From assembly GCA_022560615.1 (NCBI GenBank), contig JADFSR010000013.1:29595-93594 (forward strand): DNA of 64,000 bases, in the 5' to 3' direction. This DNA comes from Gemmatimonadota bacterium (GTDB taxonomy: Bacteria > Gemmatimonadota > Gemmatimonadetes > Longimicrobiales > Gaopeijiaceae). The notes under the pieces are model-generated. The model did not search any database and was not told where the DNA came from. It saw nothing but the letters and a program-made list of their open reading frames with translations. Shown in pieces: positions 62,657 to 64,000 of this stretch (positions within the stretch are counted from its first letter, which is position 1; the number at the start of each line of letters is the position of its first letter). The position numbers and the translations under genes were made by a program.

Positions 62657-62890
62657 TTGTCCAGGGGTATCGGCAAGCCTCTGAGCGCTCTCACACGCGT
62701 CTCGCGGCCACAAGGGGACACGGTGGACGCCCTGGCGACTTTCGGGCTTTATACGGGCACTCAGGACGTTCGGAGGGGCCCCCCGGTCAGGTATTCAAGG
62801 ACCCTAGCTTTTCTTCAACGGCCTCGGTTCACAGTACGTATATAGTCTGCCCCGGCAATTTTTCGACAATTCTGAAATCGGCATGGAACG

Positions 62891-63427
62891 ATGTTTGAAG
62901 TGGGGCCACACCACGGGAGACCGGGCGTTGCGGCCGAGAAGAAAGGATGTAGGATGTCACATCTAGGACCACAGCCAGCCGGTCACGCCACCGGCTTGGA
63001 GCGCGGTCGAGGCTTTAGCGCGGGGAACACCATGCCGGACGTATGGGAGTTAACGGGCGGATATCAAAACATCGTCCAAGGCAATCCACTGGTCTTCCCC
63101 AACGTGCTTACCTGCATGGCTTTCGTTGCGTACGACGGAGCGCAACTGATTGGTGTACACTTCACTCAGATGGATGATACGACTGCGCGAGCCCAGGGCG
63201 CATGGGATAGGGTGCAACTCCTATCGGCTGGCCACCACCAGGTCTACATCGCCGGTCCCGGGTGGAACGCCAACGTGCTGGCCAACCTCATTCCGGCGCC
63301 CGCTGGCTTCCATTCGGCTATCACGCCCGCCGGGTCCGACCTCCAAGCCACTCTGGCGGGTGGGGTAGTAACAATGCAGCGGCGGCCGCACGCCGGCGGT
63401 GCTTGGGTCCCCGTGCCGCTTATGTGA
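62891..63427 (+). CDS. hypothetical protein (island cargo)
   Basis: A 178-aa ORF preceded by an AT-richer stretch (62780-62890). Start uncertain. Confidence 0.4.
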   Translation: MFEVGPHHGRPGVAAEKKGCRMSHLGPQPAGHATGLERGRGFSAGNTMPDVWELTGGYQNIVQGNPLVFPNVLTCMAFVAYDGAQLIGVHFTQMDDTTARAQGAWDRVQLLSAGHHQVYIAGPGWNANVLANLIPAPAGFHSAITPAGSDLQATLAGGVVTMQRRPHAGGAWVPVPLM

Positions 63428-63750
63428 GCACACGCTGGTCTCGACGAACGGCACCTGCTCAGGGATGTGTTTGAAGGAGGAAGTTCGAAGACGGAAAGCC
63501 AGACAATCGGCCAATACTTCGTGACGGCGGTGTAGAGTCTGCCGGAGGGCTCGGAGGTCACGCGAGCAAGATGCGGCGCAGGTCAGCAGAGCGCGAGCAG
63601 ATCCCCTACAGCGCTCGAAACACGCTGATCCCCCTGCGACGACCGGGCCGGGGAGTCTGCCGCTCCACCAGCCCCCGGTGCGCCATATCTCCGAGGATCA
63701 GATGTACTGTGTGGTCGGGAACTTCTCGGTTGACCGTGGCGTGCCTGTAA

Positions 63751-64000
63751 TCAAGCGATCTGAGCCATCTGACACTGGACGCCTTCCAATACGACTGCGT
63801 TCGAGATCCCGGCCTTGGCGCCTGCGGTGTCGACCTTGATCCCCTCCTTCTCATCGTACTGTATTCCTTTTCGCTGCTGCGCCACCTTCTTGGCCTCCGC
63901 CGGGTTCGTGGGAAAGGGGACCCGGTCGGCTTCGCTCATCGCTTTGATGCTGTATAGGCCCGAGACCTTCTTGTCGCCTGCCGTGCAGTTGATCACGAGG
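63751..64000 (-). CDS. hypothetical protein, C-terminal part (continues beyond window end)
   Basis: The frame is open to the window edge. The C-terminus reads ...NAVVLEGVQCQMAQIA. It overlaps the alternative ORF 63606..63854, and only one of the two is likely real. Confidence 0.3.
   Translation of the reverse strand, partial: LVINCTAGDKKVSGLYSIKAMSEADRVPFPTNPAEAKKVAQQRKGIQYDEKEGIKVDTAGAKAGISNAVVLEGVQCQMAQIA

Noticed and set aside
63606-63854. The 82-aa minus-strand ORF overlapping 63751..64000(-).
   Set aside because: The two ORFs overlap by about 100 nt in different frames. The Arg/Pro-rich one is more likely spurious, so I kept the other at low confidence.

Overview
This is a high-GC (about 68%), gene-dense bacterial chromosomal segment. 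I count roughly 65 protein-coding genes, one complete tRNA (tRNA-Met, CAT) and no rRNA or CRISPR array.

Most genes lie on the minus strand as a long run of conserved core functions:
- eno and ftsB
- plsC, thiL and nnr
- glyA and a leucine-type dehydrogenase
- a thiolase / CPBP protease / hbd / acyl-CoA dehydrogenase beta-oxidation block
- rex and rsmA
- a GAF-PP2C / RsbW-like / STAS partner-switching trio
- pta, coaD, rsmD, recJ, dnaG and mutS2
- yqeY, HIT, prmA, dnaJ, hrcA, hemW, dprA and obg
- a C-terminal-processing (S41) protease, tmk and inositol-3-phosphate synthase
- prmC, prfA and rpmE

A plus-strand block follows: dcd, a frameshifted TonB-dependent receptor, TfoX-N, and an NfeD-flotillin pair, with two minus-strand FKBP isomerases interleaved. 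After that comes a membrane-anchored PD40 beta-propeller protein.

The most unusual content is a family of eight mosaic intergenic repeat elements, 210-415 bp long. They are bounded by (C)TAG and carry ~33-bp terminal inverted repeats (TIRs) that come in three sequence variants, which I call types 1, 2 and 3. The copies share internal hairpin modules in both orientations. Copy-specific substitutions are mirrored at the two termini of the same copy. The elements sit flush against start and stop codons, and in several cases they supply stop codons, C-terminal codons or the Shine-Dalgarno (SD) region of neighbouring genes.

The last ~7.5 kb is a lower-GC accessory island. It contains direct repeats of a tRNA 3' fragment with GACACA arm-like motifs, a truncated TonB-plug gene, a terminase-small-subunit-like gene, a tyrosine recombinase plus an IS91-family HUH transposase, and unknown cargo ORFs.

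The six-frame track translates GTG/TTG as M. Several starts were moved to internal ATGs that have an RBS or that abut the neighbouring gene. Taxonomic origin cannot be established from sequence alone.
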